A program made the position numbers and the translations under genes. The notes beneath the pieces are model-generated. The model was given only the letters and a program-made list of their open reading frames with translations, was not told the origin of the DNA and searched no databases. From contig OZ176051.1 of the NCBI GenBank assembly GCA_964247055.1, positions 8,866,001 through 8,930,000 of the forward strand: 64,000 nucleotides of DNA. Direction: 5' to 3'. This DNA is from Paragordius varius (Eukaryota; Animalia; Nematomorpha). Shown in pieces: positions 11,339 through 24,615 of the stretch. The first letter of the stretch is position 1. Each line of letters begins with the position of its first letter.

Positions 11339-12430
11339 TTATACATTCGTCTTTTTGGGTGGTGGGGTGTTTCGTCTATCTTTTATGGGTGTCTTAGATT
11401 TCTTATCTGGTTTAAGGATCTGGAAGGAACAAGTTAGTTGCGTATCTATACTTAAGACACCACCAGCATTATCAAATACTCCGCAATAGTTAGGAGCTGA
11501 AAATATTGTAACTAAGCCCCGATTAGCGAAAAACTCATAACCATCTTCTACCACTTGATGTGCTCGACACACAAGATCTATCCCCAAATTCTTTTTAAAC
11601 AGGGCGACTATATCTGGACCAAATACGTAGGATATACCTCGATCATTATCCTCCCAGCCTTCAGTGTCTTCATCCGGATCGGCCCAGAGCAAATCACATA
11701 AAAGGCCTTGATTAGGTATTTCTGCCGGCCTGTTGATCTTTAATATCTGATCCAAACTTTTGAGATCTGGACTCAATCCACCGTGACAACAAAATATTTT
11801 GTCTTCAATGACACCCGAAACTGGTAATACATTAAAACAGTCCACAAATGTTTTCCACAACTTCACGTTGCAACGGCGTTTACATTCGTCGTAGAAACCA
11901 TATACCCGATTAATGTTGGCTGATTCATGATTTCCTCTCAGTAAGAAAAAATTTTCTGGATACTTTATTTTGTAGGCCATAAGAAGGCATATACATTCTA
12001 AACTTTGTTTCCCTCGATCTACGTAATCCCCCAGAAATAGATAATTACATTCTGGTGGGTAGCCAATGTTTTCAAATAATCGGATCAGATCATAAAATTG
12101 ACCATGGATATCACCGCAAACTTTGATTGGGGCCTCGACTTCTATCAACATGGGCTGATTCAAAAATATTTGACGGCTTATGAGACAAAGCCCTTTGATT
12201 TCCTCCTCATAAATGTAAAGAGCTTTGGAATCTGGTCCATAACCTATTTTCAGAGATTTTCCGGACATTGCCGTCGCAGAAATCGAAGATGATCCAGCTA
12301 ACAAAGACGACTTTCTCAATGATTTTCTGGCGGCACCCTTGAGTTCTCCCCCAGGCGTACCTGCTACCAGTAAGCGTTCAATGATACCATCTAGATTAAT
12401 GCTACTCACTTCAGTTACACTACCACTCAT
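11339..12430 (-). CDS. PP1: Serine/threonine protein phosphatase 1 catalytic subunit, divergent paralogue (363 aa unspliced; 324 aa if 12244-12360 is spliced)
   Basis: PPP-family motifs GDIHGQ, GDYVDRG, RGNHE, HGGLSP, RAHQ and SAPNY. PP1-type [11 protein letters not shown] and SFQILKP, plus a C-terminal TPPPKK CDK-type site. No stop codons. Confidence 0.97.
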   Translation of the reverse strand: MSGSVTEVSSINLDGIIERLLVAGTPGGELKGAARKSLRKSSLLAGSSSISATAMSGKSLKIGYGPDSKALYIYEEEIKGLCLISRQIFLNQPMLIEVEAPIKVCGDIHGQFYDLIRLFENIGYPPECNYLFLGDYVDRGKQSLECICLLMAYKIKYPENFFLLRGNHESANINRVYGFYDECKRRCNVKLWKTFVDCFNVLPVSGVIEDKIFCCHGGLSPDLKSLDQILKINRPAEIPNQGLLCDLLWADPDEDTEGWEDNDRGISYVFGPDIVALFKKNLGIDLVCRAHQVVEDGYEFFANRGLVTIFSAPNYCGVFDNAGGVLSIDTQLTCSFQILKPDKKSKTPIKDRRNTPPPKKTNV

Positions 12431-12885
12431 ATAAATTGAAACTATATGGTATAATTTATATCAGCTTTGCAATGTGGTGTTTTAGCACAAGTATTATCCT
12501 TTTTATAATAATACATAAATGTATTGATGCGATAAATAATAAAGAGTCGCTTTAAGAGATATATTATATAATTGTATCGTAATTAACTGAATCAAAATAT
12601 GATTGTTAAACAAAATAGCTATATCTTAGATGAGTATTCAAGTTTTTCACTGCAGTAAACGATGTGTTTAATCAAAAATGTGATAACTTTACATATTTTT
12701 ATCATTTGAAAACCTAGATATTCCGTATTAAAGATTCACCGATTGTTTATATGGATCTTTTTCGTTTATTTCCTTTATTTAGCATTGTCTCTCCAATTAT
12801 GGGTCAAGGAAATTAGCTATTATATTTATCAGAATTCTAAAACATGTAAGTAAAGGTTTCAATTATATATATATATATACTGAAA

Positions 12886-14057
12886 TTTTTTTTATCAAAA
12901 TAATTTTTTTTCACGAGATAGCTTATGACCAGCGTCATTTGCCGTATAATTTTTTATTTGTTTATGACCTAGTTTTTGAAATATTGAGAGAAAATCGAAA
13001 TCGGGCAAAAAGTGAAAATTAAGGATAATTACGTATAATTTAAAATCCAATGATAAAAGTTGAGATATTATGGTTTATTATCATTTTAGCAGATATTTTT
13101 ATATAAATAGCCTGAAATCATATAGTTAGGGTTTGATAAAATTTATCAAAAGATGGCGTTTTTGAACATGCACAAAAGACAAAAAAAATTATGAAACTAT
13201 AATAAAATAGTTTTTTTTAATTATTTACCAGCTAAACTCACTATCAATATCTAAACATTCATATTTTATTCAGTAATTAAAAATTATTTTTCAAAATAAA
13301 ACTTAAAAATATTGTTTTTTATTTTTTCATATATTTGTCATCTGGTTTATGAGTGTATAAATAATTTATACTGTTTTATTTTGGAAATTTACATGAGTGG
13401 GAATTATTATTTAATATGCAAAATACTATTTACAAGTAGTAAAAATCACCCAAAAATCCGTACATATCCCAGTAAAAATATTTTGTGTTAAAACAAACCT
13501 GTTACCAACGAATAGGCTGATATTCCACTTATTTTGAATCCTACTTTGCAGAAATTATAAACTTTATATTCCCACTCATGTAAGATTCCAGAATAAAACA
13601 GTATGATTATAAACTAAACCAGATGACAAAAAATTAAAAAACAATATTTTTTAGTTTTATTTTGATATAAGTTTTATTTATTGAATAAAATATGAATATA
13701 AGATTTTAATAGTGAGTTTAGCTAGTAAATAATTAAAATATATATATTATAGTTTCATAATAACTTTTGTCTTCTAAGTATGTTAAAAAAACGCCATCTT
13801 TTGAACTGAGATTTTATACAGACCCTAACTATATAATTCTATTTAGAAAATAAAAAATATCAAAATAATAATAAACCATGATATTAGTTTCATCATTATT
13901 TTTTGAATTATCCTTAATTACCCTTAATCTTCAGTTTTTAACCAATTTTTATTTTCTCTGAATATTAAAAAAACAGGTGGTCAACAAATTAAAATATTGC
14001 GACAAATGAATTTACAGGTCATCAGCTATTTCATAAAAAAAAATTTTGTTTAAAAAA
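12886..14057. repeat. Fold-back element with about 520-550-bp imperfect inverted arms
   Basis: Arm 12886-13430 is the reverse complement of 13540-14057, e.g. aaagatggcgtttttgaacat / atgttaaaaaaacgccatcttt, tttgtcatctggttta / taaaccagatgacaaa, catgagtgggaat / attcccactcatg. Confidence 0.85.
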
Positions 14058-14673
14058 TTAACCCTCTCTTTTGCAAACAGTATATATACATCTGGATATT
14101 CACTTAAATATTCAACTTAGCAGGACTAACTTGTAATTTAAAAAGTTCTACCGCTTAAAACTGAAGAAAATAGCAAGATATACCGATGTACAACAATTTA
14201 TATTTTCATTGTTTGTGATATTTTTTTCATAAAAAAAAATATCTTACCGCGCTTTTGGCATTCCTCAAAAAATCCCATGCAACATCATGTTGACCACAAA
14301 TAACCATTTATATGTGTATAATGTCGATTTCAGAGGGCATAACATTGACAGATAACTTGGCCACTCCTAAGATGGCTGATCATCGAATCAGTAGGATCCG
14401 CATTATCCCATGAAATATTAATCACTTCCTCAGCTTATTATGAACCTTCAGTGATACCAGCTTCTTGTGGGTCTGCCGCTATCACTTAAATTTTAGAGTA
14501 TATACAAATATTATGTTTATTGCCTTTATTTTATCCCAATTTTCAGTATCTACACAGGGGATTATCGATTGTGCCAATAAAAGTCGCGGTGATGTAATTT
14601 ATAAAGAATAAAATATCACATAAATGAATTAAATTAGAATCTTTGCTTTTCGTAATACATAAATATATATATT

Positions 14674-15770
14674 TAGGTGTATTCTTAAGTTATTACGGTT
14701 TAAATAAGAGAAGGCGTCAGAGAAAAGCAGATGATTAATTTGATGCAAACCCCATTTGGCTCATTTAACGACAACTTTTGAATTGTGTTCATCAAAAACT
14801 AGAGACTTATTTTTACAATTTAATTATATTTTTAACGCGAAAAGAAAAATTTTCGGTTCGCGTTGCCCACAAGGCTGTTGAAAGTTTTGTTTGCGATGGT
14901 GAGCATGCATTATCACCTATGTGTGAAACCTGGTTTTATAAAAATAATAATTTATGTGAAAGAATGTTAGGCCCTCTTGTAGGCTACACATCTTCGAAAA
15001 AGCTAAAGTGCAAGATCATTATATGATGACCCAACTCGATTATCAACAAGTGACAGAAGCATTATATATCTCACATAAAACAATAAATACATGTCTAAGA
15101 GCAAGGGGTAGGAGACTTAGTAAATGGGTCCCACATTTAAATGAACAAACCAAAATCGCTAAGCTATCCCGCTTCAACGTTACTAAAATAAATAATGGAT
15201 CGAATTGGGACGGGTGATGCCACGGCCTTACTTTGTTAATCCAAGCGGAAAAAAACATGGTCACCTTGCCAGAGATTCATCAACATCAAGTCAAAACCAT
15301 TCTCTGCGTCTGGTGGGACCAAGGCGGTATTGTGTATTATAAACTTTTGAAATCCGGCAAAACCGTTAATACACAACGCTATCGCCGACACCATGCATTA
15401 ATTTAAAATCTAATTCTAATTAGCTAGAAGACATGGGAAAATGATTTGCGCTTGACAATGCTCCGTTTCACACAGATAAACCAGCGAAAAACACCTAAAA
15501 TTGTTAGATGGAATTTCTTTCCTCATCCGCTAAACTCTCCTGTCTTTCAATCTGGTTAACCCCCCCTGAGGAGCACTTCTATAATGGTAAAACCTGGAAA
15601 ATGGCTTGACAAATGGTTTGCCCCAAAAATTAATTATTTTTTTTGACCCGGTATTCATATTTAACTTGAGGAGTGAAATGCGGAGAAGCCGATCTTCAAT
15701 ATTTTGAATAAAAATACTTAATTCTCCAAAATTACCCTGTTTTCCAGTAAAAACTTATAAATGTACCTGG
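14674..15770 (+). mobile_element. Decayed mariner (Tc1/mariner) element
   Basis: Fragments SKWVPHL, HQHQVKTILCVWWDQGGIVYYKLLKSGKTVNTQRY and LDNAPFHT match mariner transposase signatures, with many frameshifts. Degenerate TIRs (taggtgtattcttaagttattacgg / ccagtaaaaacttataaatgtacctgg). Confidence 0.85.
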
Positions 15771-16534
15771 TATATGAGAAGAGGATAGGTTACGGAGATA
15801 ATTCGTATATATTCCGTATATTTTTATCATAAACAATATTTTACCAATTAAAGTATTAAAAGGTAATAAACATTTTATAACAATATAACATTTTATTAAG
15901 CCTATACGCGATGCTTTTTAGGTGAGGGAAGATGACCCTTATTGATAGAATATCATGATATATATTTTAATATTTACTAAGCATTAATGTGAGCGGTATC
16001 CGTAACTCTTATATTGGTTTGTCTCTCTTGAAAAAACATTAATATCCGACATTGCGATTTCGCAACTAACAACTGGAGGCACTTGAATATTTATTGGCAT
16101 TTTCTAACTCCCTTCTATCATACAGGAGGGAAGATTTTGCGGGGGACAGCGAGTGAAATTCCTTGTTTTTCTTCAAGCATTTTGATTAAGTGGCCATATA
16201 GTTGTGGGAGACAACAGTTATTAATAATTAGATGATTTTATTGAATACGCGTTTACAAACGAATTCGGCATTTTATATTGATGGTTTTCGATGTTTGAAA
16301 GAATTTACCTTATTGTGCATGGCAAAATCGCAAATGGTTATTATAATACCCATAGTATTCATTAAAAATTAATTAAAACCATTTCAACGTTTTGTTTTTA
16401 ACACCAATAATGGCTAAACACACACCACTTAGTGCCTGACTATCTGCACTATATACACAGTGTCCACAAATAAATAACTGATGAAAAATATAGTGATGCT
16501 TTTGATTTTGGCTCTTTCGAGTGATATACCATCT

Positions 16535-16745
16535 GCACTTCGAGAGTGTCCTTGAACATTTGAAGTTTGACCATGAACATTTCAAGTTGGTCCTTGAACA
16601 TATCAAGTTGTTCCTCAAATATTTCAAGTTGATCCTAAAACATTTTTAATTGGTCCTTGAACATAAGTTGTTCCTCGAATATTTCAAGTTGATCCTAAAA
16701 CATTTTAGTTGGTCCTTGAACACCTCAAGTTGGTCCTTGAAATTT
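16535..16745 (+). repeat. 21-bp minisatellite (consensus GAACATTTCAAGTTGGTCCTT), about 9 units
   Basis: Head-to-tail units with no spacers. The same unit recurs at 19758-19782, 21442-21510 and inverted at 21925-21985. Confidence 0.85.
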
Positions 16746-16789
16746 TTAAACTTTGCTTTAATCATAATTTTTGAATGTTTTTTAATTTT

Positions 16790-19460
16790 ATTACAGATAG
16801 TAAGCAGTTACTAACAATTTCTACACATAAGGGGTTTTATAAGTATAAACGATTGCCTTTTGGGTTGAATTGCGCTCTAAGTTTCTTTCAACAAATAATG
16901 GACGAGTTATTAAAAGATTGCACAGGTACCGCCGTTTATTTAGATGACGTTATAGTGACAGGCGAAACCGAAAAGCACAAGGACAATCTAATAAAGGTAT
17001 TTACCAAATTGGAGACAATGGGATTAAAATTGCGCAAAGATAAAATAAACTTTTCAACCATCTGTGGAATATCTTGGTCATATTATTTCTGAAAATTGCA
17101 TTAAACCCTCCCCAAATAAAATTAAAGCCATCCAAGAGTGCCCGACCCCGACCAACAAAACCACTCTTAGATCATTTTTGGGTTTACTTAATTTTCATGC
17201 AAAATTCATCCCTTCCCTAAGCATTTTAATGGGCGAACTACATAAATTAGCAGGTAACAAACAAAAATGGTGTTGGACGCTAACGCATGATTCGATATTC
17301 GAAAAAGCTAAAGACTTGATCTGCCAGAGTAGTTCCTTGCATCCGTATAATCCCAAACTACCTATAGTCTTGGAAACCGACGCGTCAATGTCATACGGTG
17401 ATATTTTATCACATAGAACAACAGCGGGTAATCGTCCGATCGCCTACACGTCAAAAAAATGCTCTCAAGCTGAAGAAAACTTTCAGTAATTGAGCGAGAA
17501 GCAAAAGCTATCCTAATAGCGTTAGAGAAGTTTAAAACCTTTTTGTATTGCAGAAAATTTATAATAAAAACGGACCACAAACCTCTAGTGAAACTATTTG
17601 GGCCTCAAAGAGACCTAAATAAAATTAATAATTGTAAACTAGTACGCTGGATAACTAGAACATCGGTATTCGATTTTAACATAGAATATCACCCTGGTAC
17701 AGAAAACATAGCTGTCTGCCTATCGAGACTTCCCATCGAAAACCAGGAGCCGATGGCTTTTGAGAAAGACGATGAAAGTAGCTATGTTCATTTGTATTTG
17801 GTCCAACGAATTAAATTTAAATAGAGAAATTATATATCAAGAGTCGATAAAGGATCCTACGATAGCAAAATTAAAAGTAGCCCTAAGGTCTAATAAATTG
17901 GACGGACCCCCTGGTCAAGCCTTTCATCGCAATAAAAAATGAAATTGAGGATGCATACGGTCTATTATTTGTGGGAGATCGGGTAATAATCCTGAACAAA
18001 ATTAAGCCAGAGATTTTAAGATACCTGCATAGTGGCCATCCGGGAATACAAGCCATGAAACTATTAAGCCGTGAAAAGGTTTATTGGCCCGGGTTGAGCC
18101 AAGATATCGAAAAATGGGTGCGTAGTTGCCAAAATTGCCAAAGGCTGCGCCCTAATGTACCCGAAAATCCCACCTATCAATGGAACGGGAATACAACTAT
18201 ATGGGAACGGCTCAACCTAGATATCGCTGGACCCATTGACAATTTATACTGGGTAGTACTAATTGATCATTGCACCCGCTGGGTGGAGGTAGAGACGTTA
18301 CGCTCTGTGAATACAGGTAATATTCTAAAGTTTTTAGAAACCTGTTTTTGCCGGTATGGGTACCCAAAAGTGGTGGTTACTGATAACGGCTCTTATTTTA
18401 AATCGGGGGAGTTTGAGAGAACTTTAGCTTCCTCTAATATAAAACACGTAACATCAGCTCCCTACCACCCCCGAACAAATGGGTTGGTAGAGAGGGTAAT
18501 TTACACTCTAAAAAATCTTTATTCAATGTCAACCCCACTTTCAGCAGACCCAGTGCGAAGATTAAACCAAATCTTATGGGCTTACCGAAACACGCATCAC
18601 AGTTCCACGAAGGAGACCCCCGCGCATTTGTTTTTAAAAAGAACTATGCAAAGCCCATTTACATGGATGAAAACGAAACCCAACGAATTCATGGATACTC
18701 CCGACATTGCGCAGGAGTTTGAAAAGGGGCAAAAGGTATATATCAAGAATGAATTGTGTACTGGTTGGAGGGAGGGACAAATCGTCGACAGAACGGGATG
18801 GTTATCGTACAATTTCAACGACAATGGCAAAATTATCCGCAAACATGCTGATCAATTAAAGAATCGCATGGATTGGTCGGCCGAAGGAGAAGACGGGAGA
18901 AGTGAGGAAAGACTAAAAATCTAGATAACCCGGAAATATCAATCAGCATTCCTAACTCATCATCCGCAAACTTAAACAACAATGATAATAACCTCCGAAA
19001 ACATCCCACGGAACATGAAATAAGAACCCCTGAAAACATCGAGGAGAATCCGGAATCAGAAAGTGCGCCTTCAAGTGAGAATACTCCCGTGCAAACAAGT
19101 GACACTTCTCCTACTACGACTCGCCGGTACCCGATTCGATCCCGAAAGCCACCCGACCGATATCAAGCTTAAGGAAGAAGATGTTAAAAGGGTTATTATC
19201 ATACGCAAATTATCCTTCTCTTTTTTAGTGCATAATACACTTTTGTCCTTGTTACGTTAAAAATATATTACCTGGTGGTGAATGCAAATTTTATTTATAC
19301 TTATTATCTTTAACAACGTTTAAATCAGACAACTTTATCCTTGTGAATGCAATACCAAATTTTATAATATATATAAGGAATCATTGTGACACGCAGATTA
19401 TAATATATTAATCAGTTTTGTTGTATACTAAATAAATATATATATATCCTTTTTTATATC
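16790..19460 (+). mobile_element. 5'-truncated Ty3/Gypsy LTR retrotransposon (pol pseudogene plus probable 3' LTR)
   Basis: RT (YKRLPFGL...AVYLDD), RNase H (ETDAS, TDHKPL) and integrase (HSGHPG...CQNC zinc finger; LDIAG, TDNG, NGLVE core) in Gypsy order, with frameshifts. Polypurine tract AAGGAAGAAGA at 19171-19181 is followed by TG at 19182. The LTR end is approximate. Confidence 0.92.
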
Positions 19461-19729
19461 AATATTTTATTAAAAAGGCATATTTTTTAAAAAATTAATT
19501 TTTATCAAAATTGTTTAGGCGTATTTCTACTAGTTTTAGGCATAATGGAAACGGTATAAAAACGCGTTTACGTTTCTATATAATTTAATGATGCTGATAT
19601 ATTTTAATCATTCGTTTGCGATTTTGGTAAATATTTGTAATAAAACACAATATTGATTTAAAATAAATTTGGAGACTAACGAATAATCAAAATTCTGAGG
19701 TGATCAAGGTGTTCAGCATCATTGTAATA

Positions 19730-21995
19730 TATATCCTTTGCACTTCAAGAGTGCCTTGAACATTTCAAGTTGGTCCTTAAACCAGTGGCGTAACTATGGG
19801 GACCTAGGGGGAGCGGTGCGGGGCCTTTCCATTTTGCGGGGGGGGGGGGGGGGGGCAAAATTATAACCTTTTTTTTATACAGATATGTAGTGATGATTGT
19901 CTGTCATATGAGTTATATAGTAGAAAAATCTTTAGAAACTATAATTTATAATTAGATAAGTGTATAGGCCAAGGTTATGATGTAGCCTGTGTTATGACGG
20001 AACTTACAATGGAGTACAATCTCTTTTGAGAAATCTGCCCCAGGCAGTTTATGATTGCGCCGCTCATAATCTAAATTTAGTTATAAATTCTATTAAACTT
20101 GGAGAGAAGCATCCGATTTTGCAACTCTGGAGGCAATATATACATTTTTTAGCAATAGTATAAAAAGATGGGACCTTTTGAGTTTTTATTTTCAGGTATC
20201 CGAAATAAATTTAAAAAAATTAAATTTCACTCGTTGGGCTGGAAGGTAAACGCCTCTTTTATCAATAAAATATCGTTATTTTGATATTTTTAAGGTGCCC
20301 AATATAATAACGAGCAATAAGAAAAATGAGCGGAAAGAAGCTTCTATGGTAATTATTAAAATAAAAGAATTTATATTTCTTTGCATTTTTATATCATATA
20401 TTAGATAAAGTACATAAAGTCGCTACAAATTAAATCAAATTATATAGAACTTATAAAAGCAAAACATATCCCGAAAATTTAAATATAAACCTATCAAAAT
20501 GAAGTGACTATATAACCGCAAAAAAAGATGCCATGGAAATGGCAATAAAATGGGGCATTTAACCTGTTTTTAGTGATAAGTGACATAAAATTATTAAAAG
20601 ACGATAAACTTGCCGATGACCATAGATTTTCCAATTTAAGTTTGGTGTGAATGCTTTCAATAAAATTAGATATTGTAATTTTTCAGTTAAAAAACAGCCT
20701 AGCGGATATGTTTTCATTTCTGCTTCCATCAAATATAACTAAAATGAGTTAAGTAGAAATTATAAATTCAGCTAATTTAATAATTAATTATCCAAAAGAT
20801 TTGAGTGAATGTTTTCCAATACAAATAGTATCAGTTTCTAATTCGCTTAAGTATGTGATCGCTCAAATTAACAATGCCAGGCAATTTGCAGAGATTATAA
20901 TTATTAAATACCCAACAGTTCATCCAGTTGTGATGAAATTATAACCGCATTATTGTTTTTGACTTTTTACCAGTTACGGTTGCTACAGAGGAACATTCAT
21001 TCTTAAAGTTGAAAATAATTAAAAATTATATTAGAAGCACGATGGCTGAAAAAAGGTTGAGCAATTTATCGTTATTAGCAATTGAGGCGGAGAGGACGGA
21101 TCAAATAAATAAAAAAGATGTAATTAAAAAATTTGCTCACGCAAAATGAGAAATAAGTTATTTAATTATTTTGAACTTTAGAATGAACGTTTGGATTAAG
21201 GAATTGGCGGTGGTTGGGGTGGGCGGGTGGTCACTAACCATCATGTATAAAAATACCAGGAACGCCAAACTTTTAGACTCAGGATGCCAAGTCATGTAAA
21301 TATTATCATTTTTAAATATAATATTTCTTTACGAATCTAGTGATGCGCCAGGTGAAATATTACTAACGATTTTTTGGGGGGGAAAAAGGGGCATTATTTA
21401 AATCTTGCGGGGGGGGCCTACAATTTATAGTTCCGCCACTACCTTAAACACTTCAAGCTGGTCCTTGAACATTTCAAGTTGGTCCTTGAACACTTCAAGC
21501 TGGTCCTTCAAATTTTATAATTAGATTTAACCATAGTTTTTGCATGTTTTTTTTTAGTTTATTATTTTTTAACCTAATTATCTTTAATTAATATATTTAT
21601 TCATTTAAAAATTAAAATATTTATAGAAAACCACTTTTTTATTTCAAAGTAATTTTTTTATTACACAAAATTATTAACTTTTAAATGTTTTTAATGAAAA
21701 ATTGTAAATATTAGCCCAAAAACTTATATATTTTTTAATTAGGTCTTAAAATCTTATAAATATCCGAAATAATTTTAGGAAATTAATAAAAATATATGGT
21801 TTCTCAGATAAAAAGTTGATATTGAACATTTATGTTAAATAATAGAAAACAGGTTAAAGAAATAAAATAGATGATTGATTTACGATTTCATTGATTAAAG
21901 TAAAAACCTAACAAAAAAGTCAAAGGATCAATTTGAAGTGTTCAAGGAGCAACTTGAAATATTCAAGGACAAACTTGAAGTGCAAATGGTATATA
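19730..21995. mobile_element. TIR element with subterminal 21-bp repeats, interrupted by a hAT insertion
   Basis: Left end atatatcctttgcacttcaag... mirrors right end ...cttgaagtgcaaatggtatat. The 21-bp arrays point inward from both ends. Confidence 0.6.
19783..21441 (+). mobile_element. Internally deleted hAT element (ZMYM/TTF-type transposase remnant)
   Basis: Perfect TSD CCTTAAAC (19775-19782 / 21442-21449). TIRs cagtggcgtaacta / tagttccgccacta. hAT dimerisation-domain remnant PVTVATEEHSFLKLKIIKNYIRSTMAEKRLSNLSLLAIE at about 20965-21090. Confidence 0.9.
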
Positions 21996-23087
21996 AAATA
22001 TTTTAATTATATTTCAAAGCGATTTTGAACCGTTTCCATGACCCAAAATATATGAACTAGTCAAAATTAAATTTTCAAAAAAATTAGTCTTTTTTAAAAA
22101 TATTTTTAGTTGATGTTTATTAACATATATTAATTTTAATCGCGTAATAGCCTCATTTTTACGTTGGTAAGAGGACTAGGTTTATTTAGAAGATGAAAAA
22201 ATTTGGGACATTCGGTGACCATATCTAAAATTAAAATTTTTGATATTGTTTTGCTTTCTATATGTATTTTATGATATATTTTAAAGATATTTTATGGAAT
22301 GAAGCCTCTAGATTTCACCAAATAAATATTTAAAAAAATATGGGCAAATTTTGCTTTTCTAATATGGAGCACTTACCACAAAAGTGTAAGCCAAAACAAA
22401 AGCACAATGATATTCCTGATACATTTTCCTATCAGAATAGGTTATTTTTTTATAACCCCGATTTCAGACGCAGTGTGTATGTTCAATGTATAACTCACAC
22501 CGTTCTATTCCTCTTTCGGAATATGGTATCAGCCAATATTTTATATTTTTTTGGGGGGGATATTCCAATCAAATAAATACCTCTCTAGTATGACCAAACC
22601 TATTCATTACACATTTTTTAACCTATTATTTATAATTGATATGCACAAAACATTCTTGTATAAAAAAACCCATACAATGGTTAACACGAAGTGACATTGA
22701 AAAAAAATCAAACATAAAACTTTTTTTCTTAGGCGGAATGGATTTAATAGCGCATAATAAATATGATTGATTGATTATTGAATATTTTAATGATGCTATA
22801 TATGTTATTAACATTTTTTCTTATATATAATTATTACATGCTATATATAAATTTATAATCATTCGATATCGAATTGGTAAATTCTTAACTAGGCTGTAAC
22901 ACTTAATGTAAATGGGATTGGATTGATTAGTCTCTATGTGAACAAAGAGTCAACATAAATGTAATTAAAATGTTCCGCCCAAAGTTATGTAATTAAGAAA
23001 TCAATTTAAGTTATTTTTTATTGAATCTCTCCCTATTGATTGCGTTTGATTATTCATTTTCATATCACTTTTCAAATATTTTAACAA

Positions 23088-24574
23088 ATGGAATCTGTAA
23101 ATTACTCAGCCGTATTCTCGATTCTCTTGGTGTTTTCAGTAATATCTATAATTTTTTTGCTAATTGCCAAATTTCAAAAATTTATATATTGTAAAATTCT
23201 TTTTATATCAGGCTATATTATCAGTTTCAACAAGCGGATTTTACCCTCGTGCCGGTATGTATTATTACATTTAAAACGATTATTAATTTTGGTTTGAATT
23301 TTCTAAGAGAATATTTTTTACTTTGAGGCTAACCAAAAAAGTATCAAGGTATAATAATTTTAAATTCATTTAAAGAGTTTAATTTTTCTAGAATATTTGA
23401 ACAGGTAGAAAATCATGAAATGCGCTATTTGTCCCTAACTTGCTTGTTAAATGTTTACAATATCCTAGGAAATTACTTATTTCAACTTTATGAAAATAAA
23501 AGCAAATATACAAAAACAGCTAATTATCAATGTTTCGTCTATAAATTTATTTAATATGATTCTCAAGGTAGAATTATAAAAATCAGAAAGAGTAACTATA
23601 CATTGTTCCTTTTTCATTAATTGCCATTTAGCATATGCAGCAAAAAGAATTATTATTGGTGATAATCTCGAAAAATTTGAGCCAATTATATATATTTCTC
23701 TTTGCTGTACATGCTATCTGCCAATAATAATTAATGAAAAACTAGGATTGCGTATTTAGTCATACAGTGTGTCGAAGTAACAAATGTCAAATATACAGAC
23801 TGATTTAAACATGCGTTTCTGTAAACTCCGTTGCATTTTTTTTTATAATTCTACCCATACTTTATTTTTTATTCTTATAAAACTTTAACTACCTTTATAT
23901 ATTTAAATTTTTGTACATATCAGTATGTGTGGCCTGTCGACCAGAAGTAGCTATCACTCGAGTACCATGTGCAGGACCTAACGCTGCCCCATGTCCCCCC
24001 AATTATTTCTGTGACCAAAAGGTTGGAGGTTATGGAAAGAAGGGTGACGATTATGGATGTTGTTGTCCAAACGTGACTCCATGTAAGTTATTAAAAAACA
24101 GCATTCATCCTCAAGAATTTTTGACTGTGAAAGTTTTCAAAAAAATAAAAAAAAAACAAAATCTGGATTTTAATAACAATTCTACAATAAACAAATATTT
24201 TTTCTTTAAATCAAATTTTTAATTGAAAAAGACAAAAATTAGCGCTGCGGCCCGCGTTGCCATTTGTGTTAGATGGCCCCCTAATCTAAATTGTAATATA
24301 ATGGTTAGCCTATTTAGTATCATTACTTCAACATTATCGTACATTATAAATAAATTATCCAAATTTCCCCCATATATAACCTGTAGTGACAACGGCGACA
24401 ACTTTGAGCCCAGGCCTAACCACGACGGCAAATTTCACATTGAGTACGAGAACGACAGCTGTTACGTTATTTACAACACTGAGACCTCTCACAATTGTTA
24501 CGTTACCTGATTACTTGTGTGGAGTCGGCGTTCCAGTTGATCCTAATTGTATGGCATGCCAGGGTAAATTCATT

Positions 24575-24615
<41 letters not shown>

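Noticed and set aside
12098-12292. Alternative ORF overlapping PP1
   Set aside because: It is antisense to a conserved coding region and has no recognisable features.
14260-14480. Relatively GC-rich coding-like patch
   Set aside because: Stops occur in the candidate frame and there is no recognisable family; it is probably an old TE scrap.
16535-16745. Regular 21-bp repeats as a CRISPR array; ORF 16373-16627
   Set aside because: The units are head-to-tail with no unique spacers, there are no cas genes and the context is eukaryotic. The ORF is a by-product of the minisatellite.
18597-19105. Minus-strand ORFs over the Gypsy integrase
   Set aside because: They are antisense shadows with no independent motifs.
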